In this document: positions 1 to 13,020 of the stretch, piece after piece
Layout: the number at the start of each line of letters is the position of its first letter
Numbering within the stretch: position 1 is the stretch's first letter
Assembly (NCBI RefSeq): GCF_964194025.1
Contig: NC_134471.1
Span: 37,386,001 to 37,450,000 of the forward strand
Reading direction: 5' to 3'
Length of the DNA stretch: 64,000 nt
Origin: Convolutriloba macropyga
Lineage: Eukaryota
The notes under the pieces: model-generated
The model's input: only the letters and a program-made list of their open reading frames with translations
Databases searched by the model: none
What the model was told of the DNA's origin: nothing
Made by a program: the position numbers and the translations under genes

Positions 1-1355
1 GCTACCAGTCCTGTAGCCACAGAAAAAAAACTAGACCAGATACTGGACTGAAGTCAATACAGTAGCTTCAACCAAATTGGAAGCTTCATTGCCTACTGCA
101 TGAGAATCAAAACAAAGTAGAAGCGACCCCTCAAAACAGACGAGATCCACCAAGCGGAACAAATTTTCTTTCAAATTGTTCAAAACGAAAGCTTCCCCAA
201 ACTTCCGAGATCGATAGCAAATAGCAATGAAAACTCAAACACCATGAACATTGTCAAATTGTCACCCTTCATAGAAGCAGGTGGAAAATTTCAAGTGAAA
301 AGTCGACTGAAACATTCAAATTTTGATTACAACGAAAAACAGCCCATATTATTGACAGCAAAACACCTAGTAGTATAAATTCTGTTAGCGAGATCACTTT
401 GTGATAATCTACACGAAAGAGAAGAGCACAAGAAAAGTATTCTCCAACAACAGTAGTGGATCATTGGATTAGGAAATGCGTTAAGGAAAATCAAGTCGAG
501 ATGTTTCAGATGTCGGAACAGAAACGCCGATCCAATTCATCCACCAACGGCTGACTTCTACCGAGAACAACTTGATGAACATGTTTTCCCATTTACCAAT
601 ACCGGAATTGATTGCTTCGGACCCTTTGAAGTTAATTTCCCACGACGTACCTTGAAGAGATGGTTCGGCCTTTTCTGTTACCTAACAATCAGAGCAGTAC
701 ACATCAAAGTTGCACAGTCATTAGACATGGTGTCATATCCAGCTGCAGTGACATGATTCCGTGCAAGACGTGACTACTCAAACAACTTCCTCAGTGACAA
801 CGGAACAAATGTCGTTGGAGCACCCAATGAGCTAAAGGTTTTCATGAACGACTGGGACAAAGCTAAAGATGAGACTGACTTAGCTCAGAAAAAGTTTTGG
901 GCGAAGATACTTCGAATTTGCAAGAAGGTCATGATTGCAATCTTGGACAACCGAAGCCTCAACAAAGAGGTATTCAGCACTGCGATGTGTCTTGTGGAAC
1001 TAACTCTCAACGCAAGACCCCTGACAGCAGTAAGTGACGACCTTGAAGACCTGACAGCACTCACAGCAAATCACTTGCTGCCAGGACGAGAGAACGCGAG
1101 TGCACCATTCATGCCATCCAATGAACGCTACCATGACCTAAGAAAATTTTTCACAACGACTCAACCATAGGTCGGCATGATTTGGAAAACATGGACTCGC
1201 GAGTACCTTACACAATGGGACCATAGATCGAATGGTCGAAAGAGCATGTGCGAAACCTGAAAAAAAGGAGAGTTATTATGGCTATTAGATGACTTTGTGA
1301 AACGCTGTGAGTTCAAGCTTGGACAAATAAATGAGATCTTCACTGGCAACTACAA
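1..1355 (+). mobile_element. Decayed BEL/Pao LTR retrotransposon, 3' part of pol (integrase and C-terminal domain), with stops and frameshifts
   Basis: Hand translation gives CFRCRNRNADPIHPPTAD (zinc-finger Cys pair), FTNTGIDCFGPFEV (~592-633), LSDNGTNVVGA (~790-822), LVELTLNARPLTAVSDDLEDLTALTANHLL (ORF 844-1170) and WKTWTREYLTQW. These are characteristic BEL/Pao integrase and C-terminal motifs. Confidence 0.9.
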
Positions 1356-1799
1356 TGGAGCAAAAACTCAATTGGATGTCCAAAAGTTTGAAAATTAAAA
1401 CAATATTGGACTTAACATTTTCGTTTTTGAGAAGAAAATATTTTTGCGCCTTTAATTCTCCACAAAAAATACAAGAAAATTTTTTCTCTTGCTTATGTTA
1501 ACTGATGTAGCACTAAGTCATTACTGCTTTCATGGCTCGCCAGTTCAGTGTAAACGAACACAACAGCTAAAAATTTTGGAAACGTTGCCTTCGCAGACTT
1601 CAGGACGGCATATCGCTGGAAAAACATTTGAATTAATGTGAGGAGCATAAAACTGTTCATATCAGTATGCCAGTTGAGGACTCAAAAGATGAAATTACAA
1701 AGTGGCACTAAACTTTTTTTTAGTTCTTTTACTTGTCTTTGCTGACACAGGGGCTGTCGGCTCAAAGCATGGCACTTGTCGTCAGCATCGAGATACGAG

Positions 1800-4010
1800 T
1801 TACACTTTGAACAAAGAAAGTCAGAAACTATGCGCAATATGTTTTTGTGCTGATGATAATTGTGGTCGAAGTGATAACTATAACTTTGAAGTTGATAACT
1901 TCATCAAAGTGCTTCATCGTTGGCTCAAAAGGTATGCAATTTCTTTTCCAAGCAAAAGCAAAAGTATAGATGACTTAAAATTTGTAGAGAAGAATGGAAG
2001 CAAAGAATCGATCAGAGTACGAAATGTGTTAGAAAAAAGTGAACGAAGAAAAAGAAGTTATCAACCATGAATATTTCACTGCTGAAATCGACGGCCTGGC
2101 ACATAACAGCGGCAATCTGAGGCTTCATACGCACACATTTCTTTCACAACCTCAGCAATTATGACGCACAATATCTATTAATTTTCATTGATCAGAAGAA
2201 AGGTTGAGAGTAACATACTCCAACAGTGAGACATACATCTCATCTTGGGTTCTTGTTCCTGTCTGTTGAACAAAAAGGGACAAGCTACTGTACGAGGATT
2301 TTTGCTTGCTGAACAGCTTTCGCCTCCAATTAGGAAGCCTTGAGGCATTGGTAACAGACTCAAAGAGGTTTTTCCGGCTCATTCCTGGACATTTTTTTGA
2401 AGCTCACTGAAAAGTTGTTGCCTCATTATAGTCGGTATAGTGGTCAGTGGATTTATTCACTTTCCAGCCAAATTGATGTTTCTGAGGTGAAGGTTGAGCA
2501 TGCCAACAGAGTCTGGGGTTTGCTTGAATGCAAGAACTTTGCTGACTATCTCATGTTGTATCTCAAAACCGATGTCATTCATGAAAAGTCCGGGAGACTG
2601 TTTGAACAGGTGTTTGCAATAAACCCATGTCATTAATACTGTTCACCAAATTTTCATGGAATGCATTGCTGAACAACTCAAGTGAATCTGGACTTGCTCT
2701 CTGATATAGATATGCTGCATTTTTGTGAGAGATCAATCCGTGAAGTACTGATTGTCATTGGTAAAAAACGATGAATTAAAGCTAATAACAAGTTCTTTGA
2801 TGACTTTTTTGAGTAAAAATCTAGTTTGTATGGACTTTTTGTGGATGTGGTCATCTTATACGGTGAATAAGTGATGGCAAAACTGCCAACTGGAGGGTTT
2901 CGTTGATCAGACGTCAGTTTGATTGAGATCATGCAGACAGCTGAGGAAAGTTGTGTTGATACTTTGTGATGGTTGATTTGGTGTACCCTGAAAGAATAAA
3001 CGACAGCCACAAAGATTTTCCTCTGGCTGCTTTAGATTTAAAAACTGATGCTGAGATGTTTTCTAAATATCAATTAGGACTGGGGAAACAAGACCACAAG
3101 ACCAGTCATATCCCAAAGCCTCTCGAAACGCTTCAGGTAAACACAGTTATGTATATGAATATTCATTTCTAAAATCTTTTTGTGAACAGGGACTCCAAGT
3201 GACACAGTCTTTGAAGTTCAACCAGAGTGACTTCATGAAGTGCTACTTTGAGCAGAGTACAAAGTTGTGACAGCAACCCGGTATTAGCACTTTCGAAAAA
3301 ATCTTTCAAAGAGTTGACAATTCAGGCTTCGAAAAAAGATCGAACACATGATAGGTTGATCAAACATAGTATTTGCGGAAAACAAGGAGAAAGCAAAGTT
3401 CTTCTGCAACAAGTATTTTTTTGGGAAACTCAACAATTTTCGAGAGAAACTAGCCGGGATCCCTCTTATTCAGAAAAAGATCAGCTGGATTGAAACAAAT
3501 TATCTGGGTGTTGCAATTCTGGATTTGTCAAGATTAAACCTGTACAGGTTCCATTCTGAAGAAATAAGGTCTTTGATTGAAAAAAGCTTGAGTAATGTAC
3601 CGTGACACTGATTCTCTATTTTACAAGATTGAGACGGATGACATATACCAAGACCTTAAACAGCTGACGCATACAATTGATTTGACTCATTACCCCAAAG
3701 ATCGTCACTTACATAAGGAACCGAAAAAAAGTGACTGTAAAATTATCGGATGAACTGAATGTTGGCATTGTTATAAAAGCAGATTTTTTGAAACCAAAGA
3801 CCGACTCTGTAAAACTTTGCAAACATTCAGGCGAATTGCCAAAGGCGTGAGCAAGTATGTCAGAGAGACACTTCATCATGGCAAGTTCAAACAAGTACTT
3901 GAATCAACAAAACACATGAGGAAAGTATATAAAAGTTACAGACAAAAGTGACAGACATCACAGAAGCCAACAAAAATCTCTGAGCACTTTCGATGACAAA
4001 TTTTAATTTC
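1800..4010 (+). pseudogene. Decayed protein-primed family B DNA polymerase (Polinton/Maverick/adintovirus-like pPolB)
   Basis: Ordered motifs across frames: TAEIDGLAHNSGNL (endonuclease VII-like), HNLSNYDAQYLL (exonuclease), YLMLYLKTDV, LDLLSDIDMLHFCERSIR, KLPTGGFR, VDLVYPERINDSHKDFPLA, YLGVAILDLSRLNLYRFH, YRDTDSLFYKIETDDIYQDL (catalytic YxDTDS at ~3598-3615), KGVSK, LSTFDDK. Confidence 0.9.
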
Positions 4011-4288
4011 TGAGGCTATTCTCCTTCTGATCCTGGGTTCTGGCAAGCTTATCATATTGAGTCCAGTGATGGGGAAATAATGGATTTTTGACGCAGATTC
4101 CAAGGAAAAGCCATCCTCAAGATGGCTATTTTTTTAATTTCGAAGCAGAGAAAGAGCCGCCTTCAAAAAAACAACGCTTGTCCTGACAGCAATAAAAATC
4201 GATGATGCTGGCGATCTACAATCAGAGCAGGAGTGTCACGAAGTATCAACTAGGAAATACAAAAGCCTGCCACTGCTCCGCGGTTTTT

Positions 4289-4488
4289 NNNNNNNNNNNN
4301 NNNNNNNNNNNNNNNNNNNNNNNNNNNNNNNNNNNNNNNNNNNNNNNNNNNNNNNNNNNNNNNNNNNNNNNNNNNNNNNNNNNNNNNNNNNNNNNNNNNN
4401 NNNNNNNNNNNNNNNNNNNNNNNNNNNNNNNNNNNNNNNNNNNNNNNNNNNNNNNNNNNNNNNNNNNNNNNNNNNNNNNNNNNNNNNN
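4289..4488. other. Assembly gap (200 N)
   Basis: Run of N of round-number length. Confidence 1.
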
Positions 4489-5008
4489 CAAGATGAACTT
4501 TTCTATACAAAATCTTTCAACATAGGCGCGGACCGGCAAGATCTTATTGGATAAATTATATAGAAAACAAAAAACACAAAATATCTCTAGTCAGCTATGC
4601 CGATAAAGTGAAGTGATTTGAAATTATTTGGACTGTCAATATTCCCTTTTTGGTGGCGCCGACTGCAGTTTTCATCCTTTAACTGCATGAAATGTTTTTT
4701 TCTTGAGTCTGAACATTGAATGCACTATTGATCGGACTCATTCGAGTGGACACCTGCAGCTTTTCTTTGAACGTAGGTGGATTTCATCATTCACTCGACT
4801 TTCTTCATACAAGATTTCAATCGTACTAATAGCCAATGCAAAAATATGAGACAAGCAAAACTATTTCTCAGGGTTGTGTCGAAACCCAAAACTGCAATGC
4901 TGAGAAGAAATAGGTACCAAAGTTGGAAATTTCTTCTTGAGTTGATGTCATTTACGCTCACATTTGAGATCGAAATTATATCAAATTTATATTATCTTTA
5001 ATGTTTAG

Positions 5009-5091
5009 GTTCAGTTATGGAAACAATGGAAGGTCTTCAATCGGATCTTCAGGATCTCGCTGCGCGAATTGATAATCGTCAAAACAACCAA
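5009..5091 (+). CDS. Candidate coding exon (coiled-coil-like), possibly an upstream exon of the FReD gene
   Basis: Flanked by tttag| and |gttagt. Reads (G)SVMETMEGLQSDLQDLAARIDNRQNNQ with heptad-like leucines and ends in phase 0. Confidence 0.4.
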
Positions 5092-6527
5092 GTTAGTCAA
5101 CTTTAAACTCTTTAAGGATTGAAGCTTTGCATGATATCCATCTTGTAATTAGGGTTCTCTTTATCATAAATGATCCCAATGGGCAGTTGCATTGAGCGTT
5201 TTTGTTCAGTTTTAGAACTTGTAGGCCAGAGCTTTTAGAAAAAAAACTAGCTCAAGGAAATATTGGCATGAAAAAAATATTGAACCTGAATTGCATTGTA
5301 AGCTACTTCGGCTTCAACACAATGGAAATCCTGTTGAACTCATTGTTATGCTACGCTCGTCTTTAGAGCTCAACTGAATATAATTACATTGAATTAAAAA
5401 ATGTGAATTAGTTAACCAACAGACAAGATTCACTAATAGCGTAAAGCCTTCCTGAAACCATAAGTATTGAACAATATAAAAGAAACATTTCTATTAGTTT
5501 CAAGTCTCAATCTTGAAAACCTAATTTTCCAGCAAAAACATTAGACAAAGACTAAAAACATAAAACTTTTGTTCGTTTTTTTTTGTGGCAGCAAAATCTG
5601 TTCGAAAAGGTTGCCTGTTTATGATAACTATCTCGAACTTTTATAATATCGAAATTGTATCAAGTACCTGTCTTTGCTGCCATGTAATTTCTTGATTAAC
5701 CAATTTCATTCGTTGTTCTTGATCAAATCGAGAATACCTGGAAAACTTCAACTGCAGCTGAATAGTATTTATTCATCTCTATTTTAGGTTTGACATAGAA
5801 GTTGTCAATTGCCTGCATGTAGATCTGTAATATATGTTTTCAAAGTTCAAATAGATTTTAAGAGGCTGCAATTAGTTCCCGTATAAATTTTTAATTGACA
5901 TTCCTACGCCGGGATGAAAAAAACACAAAGAGCGAACTTGGAAAAACAGATGTTAATCATTTTAATTTTCTTGGAATGGTTCATATTTTCTGTTTAAATT
6001 CGTTGGATATGGGCCTTTGAAAAATTTGTAGTTGAACCAATAGAAGGCCATACTCGACCCACTACCCAAACTTGACTCGTTAACAAAATTTTCACAACCC
6101 ATCAAAACAACATAACGTTGGTAAATTTTTTTGTATTTTTTTTCCAATACTCTATGAACGTTCTTTGATTTTAAGTGCAATTAATCAAAAAGTTGTTACC
6201 ATGAAAAGGCAATGGTTTTAAATTTCAATTAATTCGTAAATGACGCGATGGGGCAGAAACAATCTGCATGATATGCTAGCCCCAATCAATTTTCAGAGAA
6301 AAAAAAGAAACAAAAAACTCGATTAGATTGGAGATCAAATCAACTGAACCGAGGCAAAAATATACGATTAATCCTAAATAAAAATTTTTAGAGAGATTAA
6401 AAGTTCAATTTACTTTTTTTAAAAATTTTTTATTTATCTCCTGGTGCAGATTCAACGTTACCCATAAAAAAATCTAAATGCAAACGTTTTCAGATTAGAA
6501 ATAAAACTTGGCTTTAAATAATATAAT

Positions 6528-7146
6528 AATAAGACAGACCCAAGATGAGCTCCTTTTACAGCCTTAAGGTATAAAGAGCTAGGGCTACTTATTTCTGCTC
6601 GCGAAGTAGGCTTACCTCTATCTCTAAGACTAACCGACACTGTAAAATTCAGAAGATAAACTTCTATTAAAATGGTGGTAATACAAAATTGCACCGGAGT
6701 CCAGTGTATACACATGGTGTATCTAAACTAACAGACTGACTAGAGTCAGTGAGGCATGCGGAATATGCAGGATATGTCAACCTCGTCGTGTAGTGATGTG
6801 ATGAGTCGTGTTGTTGTCAACGTGGGGTTGTAACTTGTGCCGTCGCCTGAAGTCCTTGTCAGTAGAGTGTTGAGTAGTGTCATCAGTGAGTAGTCCACTC
6901 AAATGCCGAACCGGTGGTGATGCCAGTTACAGGGTGTGCTGGTCAGTAACTGTCCCTCACCCAACTGTCTCTCACTGTCCTGTAGTGAGGATTCGTTCCC
7001 GGTTGGAGGATTGCTTGTAGTCTGTAGTCTCTGTCGGTTGTACAAGAAAATTTCTCTTTATCTCCATCTAGTACAGAAAATTACCGATCGGAATTACCAG
7101 CTTACTTTTTGGTGAAAATCCATCTTTTAGCTACTGTGCGAGCTAC
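6528..7146 (-). repeat. 3' LTR (inner boundary approximate)
   Basis: 6528-6760 aligns with 28662-28885 (e.g. aaagagctagggctacttatttctgc, cgcgaagtaggcttacct, cagaagataaacttctattaaaa, gtatctaaactaacaga). The inner end is inferred from a purine-rich tract at ~7146-7167. Confidence 0.8.
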
Positions 7147-7167
7147 CTATTCCCTTTAACTTTTAGT
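7146..7167 (-). promoter_or_regulatory. Candidate polypurine tract
   Basis: Minus strand reads AAAAGTTAAAGGGAATAGG, just upstream of the GC-richer LTR-like block. Confidence 0.4.
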
Positions 7168-7299
7168 GAAGTTTAATGTCTGTTGAGTAAACTCCAACCG
7201 GAGAATAGAAGAGAATTGATCCTAATCTTCAATTGACGCAAAGAAGAAAGGATGAAATTATTATATAAATGAGGGAAAATTTTAAAATGTCAATAGAAA

Positions 7300-8098
7300 A
7301 CAAAGAAAAGAAAAAAAAGTTGTTGAATTTGTGCAGAACAGTGAACCTGCGACTTTTTGTGGAACAATGAGCCCAATGTGGTAGGACTGTGGACTACCTC
7401 GGAATTCAATTTCAACGTCAGCGGCCCCTGTCGTCAGGATCCCTGAAGAATTCCAGAAATTCCTTGTCTTGTGCGAGACAGGCAGCAAGTGCACGTGGCT
7501 ATAAATTGGTGTTGCAGTGTGGTTGCAGCGACAAGAGCTGATTGAGGATCTGTGTTTGCTCTGGTGTCGGCTCTGTGTTTGCCAGCTTGTCCACTAGCCA
7601 GTCCTTGTTGAGGAGATTAAAAGCATGCCCGTACATGCACTTTGTGCCACGTCCCTCTACCCACTGGAGGTATTCGATAGGGAGAGGTCTGTGCGTCTTC
7701 GCATAGAGTGGCGAAAATAAAAAAACAAATTTTGATGGGGCCATTACGAAGGGTGCCATCACAATATGTGGGGTTGATGATCTAGCTGTAGTTCATGTAG
7801 TAGGGTGAAGTGAGTTTAATGTTGGCCATTGAAGGTGTGAATTTATGTGGCCCAAGGGATTGTTCCTGTGGAAGTGGTGCCGGACAAAGAGATAGTTGTG
7901 GATAGTGTGCAACATCTGTGTCCGATTGACTTTGTGCCTTTTGGTTATTTACATCCATTTGGATGCAAAAAACCAAACTCAGGGTGTAAGGGGTCGTATT
8001 TCTGGTAAACACGGAAAAGAGCAAAATCTCTCGTATACATTTTTTTCAGATAGTCGTTTTGACGATCTGCGAGAGCAAAGAATTATTTGGAAAGGTGC
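7300..8098 (-). pseudogene. Remnant of accessory ORF(s) between env and the 3' LTR, unknown function
   Basis: Protein-like ORF pieces 7782-8024 and 7499-7762 (MAPSKFVFLFSPLYAKTHRPLPIEYLQWVEG...), continuing past a stop as PRALAACLAQDKEFLEFFRDPDD. Same strand as the element. Confidence 0.5.
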
Positions 8099-8099
8099 T

Positions 8100-9005
8100 A
8101 AATTAAAAACATCCATATTACGTCTATTTGTTTAAATACGTACCCCTGTTACTTATTAAGACAAATAGCCATAATTTGGATCCAATGATTCCTATGAGGC
8201 ATTCTTATAAATAATTACCGTCGATAAAGTCACACCAATCGATATGGCGAAGTGAAAATTCCATTCCATTAATAAAGAAATAAATGAAATAATCGGTGTA
8301 TTGGCTTTGTAGTTGTGAAAATTATTGGTAACTGTGCTTATTTTGCAAGGTCTGAAAATTAACTGCGTGTGCTACTTCAAATTTTTCGGTGGCATCATCG
8401 ACTATTTGGTTAAATTTCATTTTTTTTATTGAGTCAGTCCCATTTCTTTTGCTATACATGGCAAGTTGCAGTGCAGTACAATCCGCGTTCGTGAAGTGGT
8501 TTTCAATCTCATCAAGCATGACCGTTCTAACCTTGGTTTCGCTCTTTAATTGAATAAAGCGTTCAGCGGTATGACTCATCCCCATCCGCGTCTAGTGAGA
8601 TTTGCTGATCAAAATTGTCAATTTTACATGGTGCTTTAATGGACAAGGGGAATATATTACGTGTGACTTGGTCTACAAATTGGAGTATGTTCTGGTAGAA
8701 TATAGGAATGCGTTCGAAACATTGATTATCTAATACAAAAAGTGGCGAAGAAACAGTCTTACCTTGAAATAGTGAAATAGCATTAGAACGTTTCAGTGTG
8801 GCGAATGTGTTTCGCTGTCCTGTGATGACATATCACATTAATGGGAATTTTTGTCTTAATAATATGAAGGTGATGTATTTCAAATTGCGATAAAGATCGC
8901 AGAGTTTTTGTAAATGGAGAGACTCGTGTGGTCCATTTCAAGTAAAACAGAACAAGTCATATAATCATGTTTTGCGTTAATTGGTTCGTTAGGTTGTACA
9001 GCACT
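8100..9005 (-). pseudogene. Partial duplicate of the env C-terminal half (copy A)
   Basis: Aligns to 10850-11745 and 13590-14470. ORF 8322-8585 is paralogous to 13628-14110. Confidence 0.85.
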
Positions 9006-9039
9006 GAACAAAAGCTGTTTGCGAGAGTAAAGTATTTTT

Positions 9040-10290
9040 TGGAAAGGTGCCAAAATCTCGCCGTAAACCTGGGGTTGATAGGGAAGTGAAGGCACTCTAG
9101 TCGGAGGTCCTTATCCCTTCCTTCCTTCACATACTCATTCTCGATCAATTCCAGTGAGCATGTGCTAGCTGGTGGTTTCAGAATATGGTGGGCTGGCGAG
9201 GCAACATAGTTTATCCTCTGAGGAACATGGACACCATGATCTGTGTTTATTTCCGGAGGATTAACAAAATATTGGATTGTGAAGTTCGGTCCGTTTGCTC
9301 TGTGCAAAATTTCTTGTGTTGGAAAGAAAGGATTCACTCATTCCTTGGAGGATGAGGGCTGTGAGCCTCGTGGTGAGCTGGCTGTGTATCTAGCAGTCGA
9401 CTGTGATGTGCTCTGCTTGCGGGATACAAGTACAGGATAAATTTTATGTGTTGTTGTTCTTGGACGTTTTCGTGGAGAAGTGTCGCTGCACGGTTAATTA
9501 TCGGTTGATGTTGGCCGATCGAAAGGAGGTGGCTGTTGAGAGGCTGGCTGGGGCCGAGATGGAGGATCTGTGGGTTTTCCGTATCTTTGTAAGCGATTGT
9601 TTGTTGGTTGTGATGCTAGTGTTGGCATTACTGGTAGTAGTTACACCAGCGATTGGGAGAGTGGTCGGGGGCCAAGAATTCTGCCTGAGTAAGCTCAATT
9701 AGGGACTACCGTTTCGGGTATTGATCAACCTGATTGTTCAGTGGCAACCTCGTCATCCCAAGAAGAGCTTCGTGTGGGTTGGGGTGTTGGCTGCGGCACC
9801 GACGTTGTTGGTTGTGTCGCCGGTTGAAAAAATGGTGGTGACTGTGGCACCGGCTGTGGCGGCTGTGGCGCCAAAGTAAAGGAATGCGGTGGCTTTGGCA
9901 CCGGCTGTTGTCCTTGGAGCAAGAGTTTTTGTGACGAACTCAGTGGCCCCGCTGGTGCTGTTGGTAGACTTTTGTCGCTCGCAACATATAAGTGCAATAT
10001 TCTGCCGATGAGGAGGAAGAAGTAGCCGGTGAAGGCAGTAGATTCACCCGAGCATAGGTAGCCAAATCCACAGACTTTTGCCGGGAAAAGGTCTGGGTCA
10101 TCGCGAAGAGGGCTGGCCTCTGTATTTTGCAAACAGGCTCGGGCACTTGAGGGGGCAGCGCCGAAGGTGTAAGTGGCAGTGGTAGAATGTCGTCGACATC
10201 CAGCATAATGAGATCATACGCTGTAGGGTCAACTTTTGGAGGTATAGGTGAACCTCCATCTCAAGAAACGGACTGACAGCGGTGGTGTTG
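9040..10290 (-). pseudogene. Pro/His/Gln-rich accessory ORF downstream of env (copy 2)
   Basis: GC-richer block with overlapping minus-strand ORFs 9940-10206, 9725-10132 and 8957-9337; duplicate of 11760-13020. Confidence 0.55.
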
Positions 10291-10599
10291 CTAAAACAAA
10301 TAGATATTATAAACGAAAACTTGGAAAAATTAAAATTAGTTTTTCTGGGCTTTCCTGATTATCGGGATCATCTACGAAGGAATCTTCAGAGAGTGATATA
10401 ACACGTAATCTTTTACGTTTACTAGGATGAAACGTGTGTATATGTAGTGATTGGAACTCTGGTTTATTATGAGGTTCTACTTGTAGTTCATAGCATTCAA
10501 AAATAGATGTGGGAAGGATAGAAGCTCTATGTTTATTTGAGTTATTTTGTACGGGAGAAGAAACCCATAAATAGAACATTTCAATTTTTCTGTGTTATA

Positions 10600-11748
10600 G
10601 ATTCAAATCATTTTGAGAGTTTGGATTACTACTGTTAACAGAGTGCTTTCGTCTATTCTTTGGTGAGGTTGGTTTATATTGGGAAGCATCTGATTGTAAT
10701 ACATGGAAAATGGTTGGTGAAATGGCTCCGAAATATACTCCTAAAGTTTTACTTTTATCTAATGTGATAATAGGGCCTTAAAGTGATTCAAGGTTGTATG
10801 TGCTAACTGCGCTACGAAAAATTCCAAATAAGCGCTGAAAAAATTAAAAATATCCATATTACGTCTATTTGTTTAAATACGTACCCCTGTTACTTATTAA
10901 GACAAATAGCCATAATTTGGATTCAATGATTCCTATGAGGGATTCTTTCAAATAATTGCCGTCTATAAAGTCACACCAATCGAGATGGCGAAGAGAAAAT
11001 TCCATTCCATTAAAAAAGAAATAAATGAAATAATTGGTGTATTGGCTTTGTAGTTGTGAAAATTGCTGGTAAATGTGCTTATTTTGCAAGGTCTGAAAAA
11101 TAACTGCGTGTGCTACTTCAAATTTTTCGTTGGCATCATCGACTATTGGGTTAAATTTCATTTTTTTAATGGAGTTAGTCCCATTTTATTTGCTATATAT
11201 GGCAAGTTGCAGTGCAGTATAATCCGCGTTGGTGAAGTGGTTTTCAATCTAATCAAGCATGACCGTTCTAACGTTGGTTTCGCTCTTTAATTGAATAATG
11301 CGTTCAGCGGTATGACTCATCCCCATCCGCGTCTAGTGAGATTTGCTGATCAAAAATGTCAGTTTTACATGGTGCTTTAATGGACAAGGGGAATATATTA
11401 CGTGTGACTTGGTCTACAAATTGGAGTATGTTCTGGTAGAATATAGGAAAGCGTTCGAAACATTGATTATCTAATACAAAAAGTGGCGAAGAATTAGTCT
11501 TACCTTGAAATAATGAAATAGCATTAGAACGTTTCAGTGTGGCGAATGTGTTTCGCTGTCCTGTGATGACATATCACATTAATGGGAATTTTTGTCTTAA
11601 TAATATGAAGGTGATCTATTTCAAATTGCGATCAAGATCGCAGATTTTTTGTAAATGGAGAGACCCGTGTGGTCCATTTCAAGTAAAACAGAACAAGTCA
11701 TATAATCATGTTTTGCGTTAATTGGTTCGTTAGGTTGTACAGCACCGA
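10600..11748 (-). pseudogene. Partial duplicate of the env C-terminal half (copy B)
   Basis: Translates KICDLDRNLK*ITFILLRQKFPLM*YVITGQRNTFATL...SPLFVLDNQCFERFPIFYQNILQFVDQVTRNIFPLSIKAPC. Confidence 0.85.
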
Positions 11749-11759
11749 ACAAAAGCTGT

Positions 11760-13020
11760 TTGCGAGAGCAAAGTATTTCTTGGAAAGGTGGCAAAATCTT
11801 GCCGTAAACCTGGGGTTGATAGGGAAGTTAAGGCACTCTAGTAGGAGGTCCCTGTCCCTGTCTTCCTTCACATACTCATTTTTGGGCTGTTCCAATGAGC
11901 ATGTTCTAGCTGTTGATTTCATAGTATGATGGGGTGGAAGGCGACATAGTTTATCTTTTCAGGAACATGGACATTATGATATGAGTTTATTCCCAGAGGA
12001 TTAGTAAATTGATGGAGCTGGAATTTCGGCCCGGTTGCTCTGTGCAAAACTTCTTGTTTTGAAGTGAATGGATTCACTCGTGCCTTGGAGGATGAGGGCT
12101 GTGAGCATGCGAGCTGGCTGTGTATCTAGCAGTCTACTGTGATGAGCTTTGCATGCGGGATACAGGTACAGGATAAATTTTGTGTGTTGTTGTTCTTGGA
12201 CGTCTTCATGGAGAAGTATCCGTTCACGATTAATTATGGGTTGATGTGGGCCGATCGAAAGGAGGTGGCTGTTGAAAGGCTGGCTGGGGCCGAGATGGAG
12301 GAACTGTGGGTATTCCAAGTCTTTGTAAGCGAATGTTCGTAGGTTGTGATGCTGGTGTTGGCATTACTGATAGCGGATACACCAGTGGTTGGGAGAGTGG
12401 TCGGGGGCCAAGAATTCTGCCTGAGTAGGCTCAATTAGGGACTGCTGTTTCGGGTATTGATCAACCTGATTGTTCAGTGGCAACCTCGTCAGTCCAAGAA
12501 GAGCTTCGTGTGGGTTGGGGTGTTGGCTGCGGCACCGATGTTGTTGGTTGTGTCGCCGGTTGAAAAAATGGTGGTGACTGTGGCACCGGCTGTGGCTGCT
12601 GTGGCGCCAAAGTAAAGGAATGCGGTGGCTTTGGCACCGGCTGTTGTCCTTGGAGCAAGAGTTTTTGTGACGAACTCAGTGGTTCGGCTGGTGCTGTTGG
12701 TAAGCTTGTGTCGCTCGCAATATATAAATGCAATATTCTCACCATGAGGAGGAAGAAGTAGCTGGTGAAGGCAATAGATTCACCCGAGCATAAGTGGCCG
12801 AATCCACAGACTTTTGCCATGGGGAGACCTCGGTCATCGTGAAGAAGGTCGGCGTCTGCATTTCGCAAACAGGCTCTGGTACTGGAGGGGGCAGCACCGA
12901 AGGTGTAAGTGGCGACAGTAGAATGTCGTCAACATCCAGCATAATGAGATCGTACGCTGTAGGGTCAACGTTTGGAGGTATAGGTGAACATCCACTCGAG
13001 GAGCGGGATTGACAGCAGTG
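11760..13020 (-). pseudogene. Pro/His/Gln-rich accessory ORF downstream of env (copy 1)
   Basis: ORFs 12739-12942 and 12001-12318 share a frame and are separated by only a few stops; ORF 12461-12868 overlaps in a second frame. Confidence 0.55.

Noticed and set aside
1702-2070. Secreted 122-aa protein with a signal peptide
   Set aside because: GTG start, and it overlaps the N-terminal Cys region of the decayed pPolB.
4020-4080. Walker A motif (LGSGK) of a Polinton packaging ATPase
   Set aside because: The motif is incomplete and no Walker B or extended frame was found.
4202-4539. ORFs 4202-4525, 4246-4539 and 4250-4510
   Set aside because: Artefacts of reading through the N gap.
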